From Sphyrna mokarran (Eukaryota), in NCBI GenBank assembly GCA_024679065.1, contig JAGIQG010000008.1, positions 68,200,001-68,264,000 on the forward strand: a stretch of DNA of 64,000 nt. Reading direction: 5' to 3'. Position numbers and translations under genes: made by a program. Position 1 is the stretch's first letter, and each line of letters starts with the position of its first letter. Positions 11,125 to 22,902 of the stretch are shown here, piece after piece. The notes below the pieces were generated by a model, which saw only the letters and a program-made list of their open reading frames with translations, had not been told where the DNA came from and ran no database searches.

Positions 11125-13074
11125 GTAAGAACATTAATTTCAGGTCAAGCGAGTCATTCATCATCTACCCTCCTCCACAATGGTAAATAGATACCAGTTT
11201 AATTCAACGTTGTGTAGCAGAACCAAAACAAGGATGTGAAAATTGAAGGCAGAGTTATATTTCTCAGCAGCTGTTGGTAGAATAGAATTGGCAGAGTTTG
11301 ATCCATGTGGAAATCAGCCGCTGGTTAAATTGCGAGGAATTGGTGAAGGAAAGTGTGCTGAAGAGGTATGCCTGTCAATTCTGATATTACCATTGTTTTT
11401 TTGTTCTGTCTTTATGTGCAATCTGTATCAACAAGATTTGTATTCTGGTTCTGGGATTTATGAGGAACTTCAATTAGAAAAGTGAAAATAAGTGCATGTT
11501 TCATGAAACGAGCAGCCATTTTCATGAACTTCAGAAGATTAGTGGTTTTCGTGCATGTTATCAGAGATAGTAGCTGAAAAATCCTTTCATCAGTCAAGAT
11601 TTTGCAGATAAACGTGTGCTGTGTAGTAGACCTTGTTCTGATTTGTGTTTTTTCATGGCTTTGGTTACATGGTCCGACACTACTTAATTTATTTCTCATT
11701 AATTTGTCTGTCTACTCATGTTACCCTGCACTTTAATTAAATGGAGTTACCAATAGTTTTTAATGACATCTATAGACGTTAGTAATATTCATAAGATTAA
11801 CAGTAATGTGTTCAGCACCCTCTTGAATTTTCCATCTGTAAATTGATTATATTGACTTTATTTTACCTGGCATTTCATTGATAATTGGGGGAAATTACTA
11901 TTATATCATATCCTATGTAAAGACTTATTGAATTTATTCCAGTTCTGAAAGCTCTTAACCTCAAGTGCTTGAAAGTAAAAGTTAACAATGTGTACTACAA
12001 AATCAAAGCTTTATTGGTATATTGATCTATGAATCTCAATCATTAACTAAATGTGTAAGGAACCTCCATATACCCTGTAGGAAACTAATTCATAACATGA
12101 GAAATATCAATAAAAATCTGTGTAAAATGATGGCATAATTGCTGTGAGAATTTATTCTAAATTTCTGGCAGGTTCTCCAGTGCTGATGCTTGTAGGAACT
12201 ACTAATGTAAACAATGAATTGACTGCATATTTCAATACTTCAATGAAGAACTCCGCTTTATATAGTGTGATACAGATCAGGAGGTTCCCCGGTTAGCTTT
12301 CTACCATTGTCTTTCTATTTTTCTGTTTCTTTGTTGTGTTGACTGGCCCAGATTTTTCCTTGCAAATGCAAAAAACAAATTTCTGGTTGATGTATTTCAG
12401 AACATCAAATAACTGTATTGGTGATTTTTTCTTAATATATTAACAATCTCCTGCATGCTTTTCCTGAGTACAAATCCATATTTTCTTTTGTCACACTTTT
12501 ATATCACTGTTTTTGATTTTTAACTCCTGCCTTCTATTTATAATGAAACTAGATTATTTAATTTAACCCTCTCAGTAACAGTGCCATGCGGTACCTCCAT
12601 TTAGCATTTGCTAAATGGAGTTCTTCATTCCTTGCTGTATAGAAACAATGCTGCGAGCAATTGCAGAATCCCACTTCCCTAATGATGTATGAAATCAAAA
12701 TGAAAACTGAACTAAATTCATTTATCATGTACCAAAAGGCAATCTTGAAAATGATACTTGGTGTAGAATGCTTGTGTAGAAGGTTGCAGAAAAATCAGCT
12801 ATTTTGTCAGAATTTAGAGATCGGGACTCTTCATTACTGTCTTCTAGTTTTTACTTAGTATAAGAATTAAGAGACTAGTTTAATGGAGTTTGAAATGTAA
12901 AATATTTGATATTTATGAATGAACTTTTAACCATTCATATAAATTGTAAAGAATCAAGAATTGTTGTTTGGTTTTGATCTGTTGACTTTTTGAGGCTGCA
13001 TTTCAACCCAGTTCCCCCCAGTTTAAAACAGTATATTTCTTGTGTGCAAAGTTAAAAATGTAAGAGGTTATTCT

Positions 13075-14194
13075 TGGTTATGAATCAGGCCAGAAACTCC
13101 AAAGTGTTTAATGAAGGTAGCCTAGACTCTAAATTTTTACCTCTGAATTTGGCATAGGTGAGCATAAGATGTTTCACGCCAAGTGATCCCTAGAAAGCTT
13201 TTATCAAACAAAGTTTATTTATGAACACGGCATGTAATAAGAAAAATTATAACTTTTACCACTTACAAGAATCAACCATGATGAAGTATAAACCTTAACA
13301 GCTAGCAATGATGTTTCAAGTTGAACAATATCCCGCAAACATACACCTCTTTCTAGACTTGGCACAGTAAAAATAGCTATGTTTGTGTAATGCTGGATTT
13401 TGCAGCTGTTTTAACACCTCTTTTGAAAAGTAAGGTTTATTTATTAGTCACAAGTAAGGCTTGCATTAACACTGAAATGAAGTCACTGTAAAATTCGCCT
13501 AGTCACTATAGTCAGGCCAGTACCCCTAACCAGCATGTCTGTCAGATTATGCAAAGAAACCAAAACACCCAAAGGAAACCCATGCATGCATAGGGAGAAT
13601 GTGCAAATTCCACACAGTGATCCAAGCCGGGTCCTTGACGCTGTGAGGCAGCGGTGCTAATCACTGTGCCAACGTGCCACCATATTGAATTGGTTGGATT
13701 GAATTGAATTCAGTTCAATTCATTGAATTGGTCTCTTGAATGTTGGATTAAAATTCTGAAGTTTCCCAGTCTTGTAACTTTCAGCATGCCTCATTGTCTG
13801 CATTCACCAGCTTCTAGCTAGCAACTCATAATGCCGAATTCTCAACTCCAGAGAGAAGGGAAAACAAGGGACACTATTCTCTGTCTGCAGTCAACAGAGC
13901 ATTTGAGAAAAATGAAACTAAAACCTTGGACTTTTCTGTCAGAAAGGAATAGTCCCCAGCCAGCAACTGACCTGTTAGTCCATGCAACAATTTCAAAAGT
14001 ATCATTAAACTCTAGGACACTTGATTTGACCAGATTAAAATAAACATGAGCCCCATTATATTGCCTCAGTAACAATTAGAGGACACTGGCTATAGATGTA
14101 ATGGTGTCAATAAAATAAAATGGTTGGAGCTGCTTCCAAAACTTGCGAAGCAACAGGATTAAAAATATATTTCTTAAAGCACAGTATCGTAACA
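13075..14194. mobile_element. Probable solo LTR, with a V-SINE inserted at 13431-13681
   Basis: Starts (g)gttatga and ends cgtaaca; left end resembles the reverse complement of ~16460-16615 and ~31790-31938. Confidence 0.45.
13431..13681 (-). mobile_element. HE1-like V-SINE with non-CR1 tail
   Basis: tRNA-like head (rc gtggcacgttggcacagtgattagcaccgctgcctcacagc), V-domain, tail ...ttacttgtgactaataaataaa. Confidence 0.8.
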
Positions 14195-14199
14195 TTTTA

Positions 14200-14830
14200 A
14201 ATAGAGAATGCTGGAAATACACAATGGTTTAGTCATATCTGTGGAGAGAGACATGGAGTCTGCGCATTAGATTACAGCCCTTTCATCAGAGCAGGGTTTT
14301 TTAAATGAGAGAAATAAAGAAATAAAATATTTATCTCAAGTACTGTGACTAGCAGGATCAAAAAAAGCTGCAGTCCAAAAGTGAAGAAAAAGGGGGAAAA
14401 GGAGAAAAAACAAACCAGAAAAATGTAAATTAAATAGTATTGGGGTTGCAAGCTAAAATTATTGAATTCATTATTGTGTCCAAAAGGCTATATTGTGCCC
14501 ATTTTAAAGATAAGATGTTCTTTGAGCTTGTATTGAATTTCATTGAGATGCTGCAGGAAACCGAAAACAGAAAAGTTCAGAGTGGAAGCAAGCTGGAGAA
14601 TTAAAAGAGCAGGTGACTAGAAGCTCAAGGTCATGTTTACAGATTGAATGGAGGTGTTCTGTGAAGTGTTCACCTGATCAGCATTTGATCTCCCCAGTGT
14701 AGAGGAGACCACATTGTGAGCAGTGCATACAGTATATTAAAGAGAAGTACCAATAGGGAGTGTCTAATGTCATAGGACACTGAAGAGAGAGGAGATAAAA
14801 GCATCTTTTGCGCTTGCATGGAAAGCGGCC
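14200..14830 (-). mobile_element. Penelope-like element 3' region: GIY-YIG endonuclease remnant plus terminal repeat
   Basis: YCMHCSQCGLLYTGEIK (ORF 14678-14977) resembles the PLE GIY-YIG motif; downstream ctgatgaaaggg...ctctccacagat...tttccagcatt terminal repeat. Confidence 0.75.
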
Positions 14831-15269
14831 TTGGGAAGGTGGGAAGATTTTGGGGTAATTGAGGAACAAACCGGAGTAATACAGAGAGAACAATAATTCC
14901 AACTTTGTTAGTGATTGAATAATTGAGACTGCTGTGTAAAACATGGTTGCCTTTATTGATGAGCAGCTTCCTTCCATCTGACAAAATTAAAAAATACTAT
15001 GTTGTTTTCCCTCATGAATGAGGTCATGGTTATAAAGCAAGACCTAGTCCAAAAAGTCAGTTTAATCTTGATCTGATTTCCTTCACTCCAGTTGTGGTTG
15101 GGTTGTCTAGGAAGTTTCTACAGGTTTGCCATTCTGAAATGATTGATTAACTATATTCTAGTAATCTCAATGAGATGTGAACGGTTCTGTGTCAACAACA
15201 TTTTCTCTAATATAGATAGCATGGCCTGATGCCTTGCTGAGAGTAAGACATCTGGCCAAAAGTAAGTCA

Positions 15270-15292
15270 TGATGTAGAGATGCGGACTCTTA
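15270..15292 (-). mobile_element. 23-bp Penelope-type micro-insertion
   Basis: tgatgtagagatgc terminus between exact 13-bp direct repeats caaaagtaagtca (15257-15269, 15293-15305). Confidence 0.7.
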
Positions 15293-15351
15293 CAAAAGTA
15301 AGTCAACATGTGCTCCTGATGTTAGATTATATCCATGTTATTTTTGGAGAT

Positions 15352-15590
15352 TCCCAAGCCAGGAATGGAACCTTGGTTCCTGGCGCTGTGAGGCAGCAAT
15401 ACCAAGCCTGCTCGGCCAGTCAATATGATCATGTCTGATCTGATTTTAACTTCAACCCCACATTCTTGTCTACCTCAATAATCTTTTATCTCCATGCTTA
15501 TCAAGAACCTATCTAGCTTTGCTTTAAATATTTTCAAAGACTTTGCTTCCACTGTCTTTTGAGGAAAAACATTCCAGAGATTCACTGCAT
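15352..15590 (-). mobile_element. V-SINE head fragment followed by a CR1 3' fragment
   Basis: cctggcgctgtgaggcagc head; caatatgatcatgtctgatct CR1 3'UTR. Confidence 0.6.
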
Positions 15591-15619
15591 AGAGCAGTTT
15601 CTCAGCCAATTGAGGAATA

Positions 15620-16615
15620 GAGATTAAACCTGGAAACATAGAAGGCTGGGATGAACCAATGGAGGAGTGGAGAACAGCTCAGTAATGGGGCATCTGGAGC
15701 AGAGAGGAATGAAATCAAAGAAGTGGAGTCCAATCAAGGAATTAGTAACACAAGTATCAGCCAAATCAGAATTTAAGGAGCCAGTCTCAGAGTCAGGAAA
15801 TAAGTGGGTAGTGAATAAAGAAAGCAATGTACCTTAGATTGGAAAAAGGGAGGATAGTTTAGAAACCGACACAGTCAGCATACTCAGAAGGCATCGACCA
15901 ACAAATCTATACTATAACTGTTAGTAAATACATAGTAACTCAGTCAGCAATCAATAATCCAAAAACTTAGGGTACAACAGTCAGAAAATCCATGTATATC
16001 AATTTTTGATGCACCATTCAGTGACCTCATAATACACCAGAGAACACATTGCCTATCAATATTAGACAACCCTTACTCAGGTCTGTAATAATCTCCATAT
16101 ATCATGGTAGAGAATTTCAGGCTGATGGGATGAGGATTCACAATAATTGGAGATTCTGAAAAGTCAGTTCTGTTCCCTGAATTGAACATTCATCTTTAAA
16201 TCGCATCAGAATGTGTGTGCGTGCGCGTGTCTGTGTCTGTGCGTGCGCGTGTGTGTCTCTCACCTGTCTGTCATTCAATCAAAGGACTAAGTACCAGCAT
16301 CATGTGAGCATTGGTATTTTCTGAGATAAGGATTTTATACATAGAAATTTTTTTGATTTTAACATTTCATATATTTATTGAGGGTTATACTATACCTTAT
16401 TGCTTACAATTGGTAAAAGAGTTTGCTCATTTTCTTTCCAATCATGTTAACTGTTTTCTTAAATAAGCTTTGTTTGATAAAAGCTCCTTAGTGGGTCAGT
16501 TGAATCAAAGCTGAAATGAAATATCTCATGCTCACCATAGACAAATTCAAAGTGTGAAACATATGATCCAGTTGGTCTTCATAAAATACTTTTATTTTCT
16601 GACCTGAATTATAAT
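15620..16615. mobile_element. Probable LTR remnant related to 13075-14194 (opposite orientation)
   Basis: 16460-16615 resembles the reverse complement of 13076-13220; left boundary uncertain. Confidence 0.4.
16212..16260. repeat. (GT/GC)n microsatellite
   Basis: tgtgtgtgcgtgcgcgtgtctgtgtctgtgcgtgcgcgtgtgtgtctct. Confidence 0.8.
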
Positions 16616-16644
16616 GCTCCTTAGATGTATTTTTGTATTTCTGA

Positions 16645-16742
16645 GGAATTTTACTGGCATATCTTTCTGAGGATCATACAATCCCACTCGAGGTCAACAG
16701 AGAATGCCGTTCGGGGCGGATATGCCGGTAAAATTCCGGCCT
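16645..16742. mobile_element. Small MITE-like element
   Basis: 19-bp inverted repeats ggaattttactggcatatc (16645-16663) and gatatgccggtaaaattcc (16719-16737), 1 mismatch. Confidence 0.6.
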
Positions 16743-16894
16743 GAATGTCTAAACAAGCAACTAAAGCAATTTGATGACAAATTTCTTGAGAAAATTAGGG
16801 AAATTAGTTATAGTTTGTATAATGTAGAGGTGACTTTGACAACCACTGATGAATCAGAAATATCAGGGTTCCATACTTTATGTAAGGGCAACTA

Positions 16895-18325
16895 TGAGGG
16901 CAGATGGAATTTAATCCAGATAAATGCAAGGTGATGCAATTTGGAAGAAATAATGTAGGGAGGGAGTTATACAATAAATGGTAGAACCATCAAGAGTATA
17001 GAAACACAGAAGGACCTAGGTGTGCAAGCCCACAAATCCTTAACATGACAGCAGAGGTGGTGAAAAAGGCATATGGTATGCTTGCCTTTATAGGAAGGGG
17101 TATAGAATATAAAAGCTGGAGTCTGATGTTGCATCTGCATAGAATGTTGGTTAGACCACATTTAGAATACTGCATCCAGTTCTGTCGCCACACTACCGGA
17201 AGGATGTGGAGGCCTTAGAGAGAGTACAGAGGAGGTTTACCAGGATGTTCCTGGTATGGAGGATCTTAGCTATGAAGAGAGATTGGGTAAACTGGTATTG
17301 TTCTTTCTGGAAAGATGGAGAATGAGGGGAGACCTAATAGAGATATATAAGATTATGAAGGGTGAACAGTGGGAAGCTTTTTCCCAGGTCTGAGGCGACG
17401 ATCATGAGAGGTCACAGGCTCAAGGTGAGAGGGGTGAGGTGTAACTCAGATGTCCAAGGGACATTTTTTTTTACAGAGAGTAGTGGGGACCTGGAATGCT
17501 TTGCCAAATAGGGTGATGAAGACAGACACGCTAGGGTCATTGAAGACTTACCTGGATAGTCACATGAGCAGACTGGAGATGGAGGGATACAAAAAAATGT
17601 TCTAGTTGAAGATCAAGAGCCTCAGGACGTTCCTGGGAATTAATAGATTCCTATTAGTCGTCCAACAAATTTTAAGGCTCACCTTGCCATTTATTTTGGA
17701 GCTATTGGGGATCTTCCATTACTGTCTATATAGCCTGTTGTATGTCTATTTATGTTTATTGATGTTTCCTTTTACATCCACAGGGGATTTGGTCTGCCTT
17801 GTTGGTCAACAAGGTGCTTACATATGGTGGGTTGTGCGAGGGTTGCTCTTGGATATTGCTTCGAGAGTTGCCTAGTGCTTCATGTCCATTAGTGTATGCT
17901 TAATCTGGACTAATTGATGGGCAACACGTCAGCTCAGTGACTATCACTGTCTGCTGTACAATTACAGGGACCCAGATCGGATCTCCGGATTGGATCAATA
18001 CCTGTGGAAGTGCGCACATTCACCCCATGCTTGCGTGAGTTTTCTTCGGGCACTCCAGTTTCCTCCCATACCCCAAAAACATGCTTTTTAGACTGATTGG
18101 CATCAATAAATTGTCCCTTAATTCGATCTCCCTTAATTTGGCATCCATATAATTCCCTAAATTTCCACCCCCTTTATTGTGGAGTTCCACTAGAGGTAGA
18201 CTAAAGCGTCAACGAGCAACGAAAGAACTTGAATGAGGCACTCACTGAGTATGTTAAAATGGGTGGCTCAGACTTGTGGGGCCAAAGAACCTGTTTACTG
18301 TGCTGTGCTGTTCTTTGTTCTTTGT
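16895..18325 (+). mobile_element. CR1 3' end with ~720-nt composite 3'UTR containing a V-SINE
   Basis: ORF2 C-terminal motifs ([12 protein letters not shown]) end near 17605; tRNA-like head from ~17919; V-domain ~18020-18110; tail tgttctttgttctttgtt. Confidence 0.85.
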
Positions 18326-18479
18326 TAATAGCATGTAGCTATTTTAACAAACTAGCTGCCTATGATAAACTAGCTGATTATATGCCAGAGGTAATATTGA
18401 AGTTTTAAACCTGTCCTTAGAACCTGATGACTATGCCAAAGGGTGAAAGATTAGAGTTTATTTACAGGTGGTACATATT

Positions 18480-18885
18480 TTTTATTTATGCTGTCATGGG
18501 CTGTGAACATCATTGGCAAGGAGAGCATTTGTTGCCCATCCCAAATTACTGTTGAACTCAGTAGCTTGCTATACCATTTCATAGGGTATATTAGAGTCAA
18601 CCACATTGCTATTGGTCTGGGATCATGTACAAGTCAGGCCACGTAAAAATGGCAGATTTCCTTCCCTTAAGGTCATTGGTGACCAGGTGGATTCCAGCAA
18701 TCGACACCAGCTTCATGGTCATCATTACTAGCTTTACAATTTCAGATTATGAATTGAATTTAAATTCCACCAGCTGCCAGATTGGGATTTTAAGATTTGA
18801 ACCCCTGACTCCAGAGCGTGAGCCTAGGCCTGTGGATTATAAATCCACTAGCTACTGTTTCTACTTCCCCCGCCACACCATGTAA
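18480..18885 (-). mobile_element. Degenerate SINE/LINE-tail fragment
   Basis: agcatttgttgcccatcccaaatt tail shared with the 21030 family. Confidence 0.5.
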
Positions 18886-21029
18886 CTGAAGTATTGTATC
18901 ACTGTTGTGTTGTCTGATCACCACTTATTGGAAAATTGTAAAATACCATATTTATTACAGTGAATGTGGAAAATGAGTAATTTTTTTAAAATCTTGAGTT
19001 GAGTGTTACAACATTTTCACGTCCCAATTAAGTGATATGCAGACAGTGAAGTGTGCTAATAGTTATAAAAAATATGTGAAGTAATGGAAACATCAGAAGA
19101 GCTAATGAACCAGTTTTGTAATGAACCAATCCTAATGTGAAAACATTACAGACTTCTCAATATGTGCAGTAGTTTGTTAGGGAACCCATTGTTATTTCAC
19201 AGAAAAGACGCATTCATCTACCAGAACATCAAACCTTAATATTAGAGCATTTTTTCTAACCTCTGATTTTTGCAGAAGTAAGATTGCACAAATAATTACA
19301 AGCCAACTGGGAAATTAAAATCTGAAACTATTGCTGGTTGTGATTAGATGTTTGAAGGTCCGATGCAAGGCTATAATTTAATCAATTAAGTAACTGGAAG
19401 CCATACCACCAGTCATCTTATGACTTGGTTCTCTTTTGGGGTTTCAGAGAGAATTTAACTATTGCTTCGTTGCTTCTCCAAGTGATCACACTTGCTCAAT
19501 CTGACTGGAAATGTTTTGAATTGCCATTTTCTTCACTCAGATGCAGATGTGTTTCAGTCCATGAACTAGAAATGATGGTGTGTGAGATTTCAATGGGTTG
19601 AGCATCAATATGTTCCCATGTGCTACTATGCCTGAAGCAATTTTCAAATTTAACTCAAATTAGTGAAGTAAAGCAAGTGGCTTTGAGCATAAGCTCCAGC
19701 GTTCTCTAGCTGCGTGATAGCGCAAATTAAATGTTGCAAGTCTCTACAGTACCCCATGCTACAGAATATAGTGAGCAATTCAAATATCAATACATTCCAG
19801 GTAATGCTTGACAGAACTTTAGCATTCTTGAAGCTGTGTTGTTTGTTTTTATTTATTTTTAATGATGAATTGTCATTATTTTTCCTTTGAACAATTTTTT
19901 TCTAAGTTTCAACCTGACTTGCGCTTTTTGTTGCATTTCAGTGTCTTCCATTGTATTTCTCTGTTTGTTTTACCCGGTTTTGAATTGTAAATGCTTGTGG
20001 CTTCGCAAAAATCTGCACCAATTCCTGCATTTTTGCAAATTTTATTTCAAAAAGTCATTTGCAGGACTGTTGTGAGGAATATGCAAATTGTCCCAGTATT
20101 TGACTGTAACAAATGAGTGGCACCTTGATGTCAATACTGCGCCAAGTAATGCCTTCACTGAAGGATAATTCAGATTTGTTTTGTTCTTTTGTCCTTGTTT
20201 TCTTTCTGTGGTTTGCTGCTGAAAAATACAGCTAAAAAATTGAAAAAAAACCTGCATGTCTGTCATCTTCAGCAGTTTGTCGCTGAGTGGTTGCACTGAT
20301 GTCTTCGTCTAATACAGTCTGATCTGCGGTCAGGTAGAAATGTTTGGTACTGATCCAGCGCTATAACTTGCAATAGATACGTGAAAAGTACATCCTAATT
20401 CTATTTGAGTTACTTTGAACTTATATACACAAATCCCACCACACATCCCACCCTAAACACATCAATGAAAAAGGCAACAGTTTTCATTGAAGGATTTAAA
20501 GATCTAAAAATCATTATCAGTTGATCTTTTGGGCATTACCAATGCAGATTTTTAAGCTCCCTGACCTTTTTCCACAATTCAAGGGATAAACACAGGTTGA
20601 ATATAGACTTTCATCGATAGTTTTTGATATTGTCAAATCTTTACTATATCATGGGATGGAATATGGATGACTTTTTAAACTTAAATAAGGGCAACTATGA
20701 GGACATGAAGGTGGTGCTAGTTAAAGTGAACTGGCACCTACGCTTAAGGTATAGATCAAGAGAGGTTCAGTGGCAGGAATTTGAAGCAACTTTTCAGAAT
20801 ACATAAAATAAACACATTCCAGTGAGAAAGAAGAATTCCAAGGGAAGGACCCATCATCCATGGTGAAGTAAAAAAAGACAATGACAGTATTAAACTTAAA
20901 AAAACGCATATATCTGCACAAAGATGAATGGCAGATCAGGAGATTGGAAAGAATATAAACAAAACAAAAAAAAACAGTGATAAGGAAAGAAGGTTTCATT
21001 AAATTGGAAGATAGCAAATAATTTTTTTT

Positions 21030-22280
21030 TATTCATTCATGGGACATGGGCATCGCTGGCTGGCCAGCATTTATTACCCTCCCTAGTTGCCCTTGAGAAG
21101 GTGGTGATGAGCTGCCTTCTTGAAGTGCTGCAGTCCATATGCAGTGAATTGATCCACAACGCTATTAGGGAGGGAATTCCAAGATTTTTGACCCAGTGAC
21201 TGAAGGAATGGCGATATATTTCCAAGTCAGGATGGTGAATGGTTTGGTGGGGAACTTGCAGATAGTGGTGATCTCATTTGTCTGCTGCCTTTGGTCTTTT
21301 AGATGGAAGTGGTCATGGGTTTGGAAGGTGCTGTCTAAGGATCTTTGGTGAATTGCTGCAGCGCATCTCTTAGATTGTATACACCGCTGTTACTGGGCAT
21401 TAGTGTGGAGGGATTGGATGTTTGTAGATGTGATGCCAATCAAATGGCTGCTTTGTCTTGGATGGTGTCAAGCTTTTTGAGTGTTGTTGGTGGCAAATGC
21501 GGAGTATTCCATCATACTTCTGACTTGTGCCTTGTAGATTGTGGATATGCTCCAGGAATCAGAAGATGAATTACTCGCCGCAGTGTTCCTAGCCTCTAAC
21601 CTGCTCTTCTAGCCACTGTGTTTATGTGATGAGCCCAGTTGAGTTTCTGGTCAATGATAACCCCAAGGATATTGACAGTGGGGGATTCAGTGGTGAAAGT
21701 CGAGAGGTAGTGGTTAGAGTGTCTGTTATTGGTGATGGTCATTGCCTAGCATTTCTGTGGCATGAATGTCACTTACCACTTGTCAGCTCAAGCCTGGATA
21801 TTATCGAGAGCTTGTTGCATTTGAACATGGACTGCTTAGTATCTGAACATTGTGCAATCATTGGCGAACTTCCCTCTTCTGATCTTATGACAGAGGGAAG
21901 GTCATTGATGAAGCAGCTGAAGATTGTTGGGCCGAGGACACTATGCTGAGACACTCTTGCAGAGATGTCTGGAGCTCGAATGACTGACCCTCCACAACCA
22001 AAAGTACATCTTCCTGTGTACCAGGTATGACTCCAACCAGCGGAGAGTTTTCCCCCTGATACCCATCGATTCCAGTATCGCTAGGATTAGTGATGCCACA
22101 CTCAGTCAAATGTGGCCTTGATGTCAAGGGCTGTCACTCTCACTTCACCTCTGGAATTCAGCTCTTTTATCCATGTTTGAATGAAGGCTATAATGAGGTC
22201 AGGTGCTGAGTGACCCTGACGAAACCCAAACTGGGCGTCACTGAGCAGGTTATTGCTGAGCAGATGCTGCCTGATAGCAT
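21030..22280 (-). mobile_element. CR1/L2-type LINE (second family) RT region
   Basis: ORF 21769-21954 SVLGPTIFSCFINDLPSVIRSE; 3' tail at 21030. Confidence 0.85.
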
Positions 22281-22902
22281 AAGAACATAAGAAATAGGAG
22301 CAGGAGTAGGATTCTAGCCCCTCAAGCCTGCCCTGTTATTCACTAAGATCATGGCTGATCTGAAGTGAGTCAATTCCACTTACCCGCTTGCTCCCCATAA
22401 CCCTTAATTCCCTTATCGATCAGAAATCTATCTACCTGTGACTTAAGCATATTCGGCGAGGTAGCCTCCACCACTTCAATGGGCAGAGAATTCCAGAGAT
22501 TCACTACCCTCTGATCCCATCTTATTTTGAAGCTGTGACTTGTAGTTCTGGTTTCATTTCTAAGTGGAAAGAATCTCTCTACCTCTATCCTATTTAGCCC
22601 TTTCATTACCTTACATGTCTCTATAAGGACACCCCTCAGCCATCTAAGCTGCAACGAATACAGACCCCATCTGCTGTATCTCTCCTCATAGGATAACCCC
22701 TTCATCTCCGGTATCAACCTGGTGAACCTTCTCTGTACTCCCTCCAAGGCCGATATATCCTTTCGCAAATAACAGGACTAAAATTGCACACAGTACTCTA
22801 GTTGCGGCCTCACCAGTACCTTGTACAATTGCAGTAAGACCTTCCTGCTGTTATATTCTATCCCCCTCGCGATAAAGGCCAACACTCCATTTGCCTTCTT
22901 GG
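22280..22902 (-). mobile_element. CR1 3' end
   Basis: ORF 22370-22768 LEGVQRRFTRLIP...QRVVNLWNSLP; CR1 tail. Confidence 0.9.

Noticed and set aside
14250-14295. Hammerhead in the second Penelope family terminal repeat
   Set aside because: The CTGATGA box is present on minus, but the GAAA box and stems are decayed in this copy.
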